Of a DNA stretch of 64,000 bases, positions 62,679 to 64,000 are shown piece by piece. Location: contig NC_092673.1 in assembly GCF_964355755.1 (NCBI RefSeq), forward strand, positions 3,720,001 to 3,784,000, in the 5' to 3' direction. The translations under genes and the position numbers were made by a program. Numbering within the stretch: position 1 is the first letter of the stretch; each line of letters starts with the position of its first letter. This stretch comes from Antedon mediterranea (lineage: Eukaryota > Animalia > Echinodermata). Below the pieces are notes generated by a model. It searched no databases and was not told the DNA's origin. It saw nothing but the letters and a program-made list of their open reading frames with translations.

Positions 62679-63354
62679 CTAGTAAATTTAACAGTATAAC
62701 AACTAGTTAAATCATAATACCAAATTTTAATACATAACTACCATTACCAATAGGAAATGGCATTAAAAATCTACAGTAGAAAAATGGATCACTTCCTGAA
62801 TTCTATGTCATGTTTCACACTGAAAAAGTTGAACAGGAGACCACTATTCATGCTGTCTTTATTAAATGGCTAGAAATTGGCTACAGGTTAGGATTGAATA
62901 GAAAGGTCTAGATAAACAACAATTATTTTCTCAAGTAATAATGTACTGTATTAGTTCTCCCATCTGAAAAATTCTAAGTTAATGCCATTTTTTGAGAGGT
63001 CATTAAAAATTTGTTTTGTAGGTCATGAATTTGAAATAGAGGATGCTGCTCCGCTGTATCACCATCAGGAAGGAACCATCACTCAAAAACTATTTAAATA
63101 GATTTTTTACAGAATAAATCATTGGAAAATATTTCTTAAACAATTAGTCCTGTCGAAAATAAAGTTAACATAACATATTTGTTTGGGTTCACTGTGGTGG
63201 TTTATTGTGGAGTAAATCATCGGACCCGCATGGATAGGCCAACTTATGGTGGGTAATTTATTACAGTATAAGTAGGCCTATCTAGGCCTAGCCTCGTTAT
63301 TAAATAAAATAAAGTATGGAAAAACTTCAATTAAACCGATTTAGCCAAGCAGAC

Positions 63355-63450
63355 TGAGGCCGAGCTGAATTTACTTGAGGCTGAGTTGATTTGAGGCTGA
63401 GTTGATTTGAGGAAGAGATGGTTGGTTTAGGGCCGACTTGACCTGCTTCC
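63355..63450. repeat. Short 16-bp tandem GAGGCTGAGTTGATTT, probably the end of a repeat element
   Basis: Three to four visible degenerate copies ending GCCGACTTGACCTGCTTCC. Confidence 0.5.
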
Positions 63451-64000
63451 GCCTTTCACACATCATCCATTCATTGGTTGGCTAGGCTTAGGCCTAGCTA
63501 GCAGCTAAATTAAAGGCGAGGAGGAGGATGGATGAGGAGTGTTTTTTAGGCATAAAATTCCGTGTCCTTCAATATTCAACACCTATCTAAATAATTGATA
63601 TATCAACATAAAATCTTATCACTAATAGTAAATCATGATTTACTAAATTATGAGTATATAAGATTTAAAAATGTTAATTTTGAGAGCCGACCTCCTAGCT
63701 AAATTAAACACAGGCAATTTCTGCGCCACCAGACGATCGGCGGGGAGAGAAAGGAATGAAACCCTCAATAACACACGTCATGAACTCGCCCATTTTTCTC
63801 ATCGGGCAATCTCGAGACCTAACGAATTTGTTCAAATTCAATACAAAATGAATGTACCATATTCTGGTTTTTTACTGCAAGTAGGTTTATATGTTCAACT
63901 TACCGTTTTGGTCATGAGAATAATGTTTTGGAGTCGGGATAGGGAGGTGGCCTCGGCCGAAACAGTACCTCGCAATTTCAAATACATGACCGTTTTCTTC

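Noticed and set aside
63820-64000. CHR-like TTTGAA motifs and a possible first exon of a divergent gene (ATGAATGTACCA...CAA|GTAGGT)
   Set aside because: The motifs are too short to trust in AT-rich DNA, and the window ends before any supporting exon.

Overview
AT-rich, intron-containing animal genomic DNA. The gene content and repeat types suggest a marine invertebrate, possibly an echinoderm; this is inference only. Four genes can be built by hand from GT-AG junctions with consistent reading phases: the 3' part of an SLC16/MCT-family transporter (+, 1102-4243), an intronless FFAR4-like class A GPCR (-, 7275-8345), a 16-exon EXD3/mut-7 exonuclease (+, 10641-22859) and a 15-exon TACC gene (-, 43157-60805) with a candidate alternative ~308-aa N-terminal exon. 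The most striking feature lies between the convergent 3' ends of EXD3 and TACC. It is a ~17.7-kb non-coding foldback element (23353-41084) with ~150-bp unique terminal inverted repeats and a 9-bp near-perfect target-site duplication (ATCACATTC/ATTACATTC). Its interior is two inverted ~8.8-kb arrays of a 181-186-bp satellite-like monomer that meet with almost no spacer and carry different higher-order repeats. The window also holds a nested MITE cluster, TTAA-flanked Kolobok-like elements, tRNA-derived SINEs, LINE tails and several minisatellites. All coordinates were counted by eye and may be off by a few bases.
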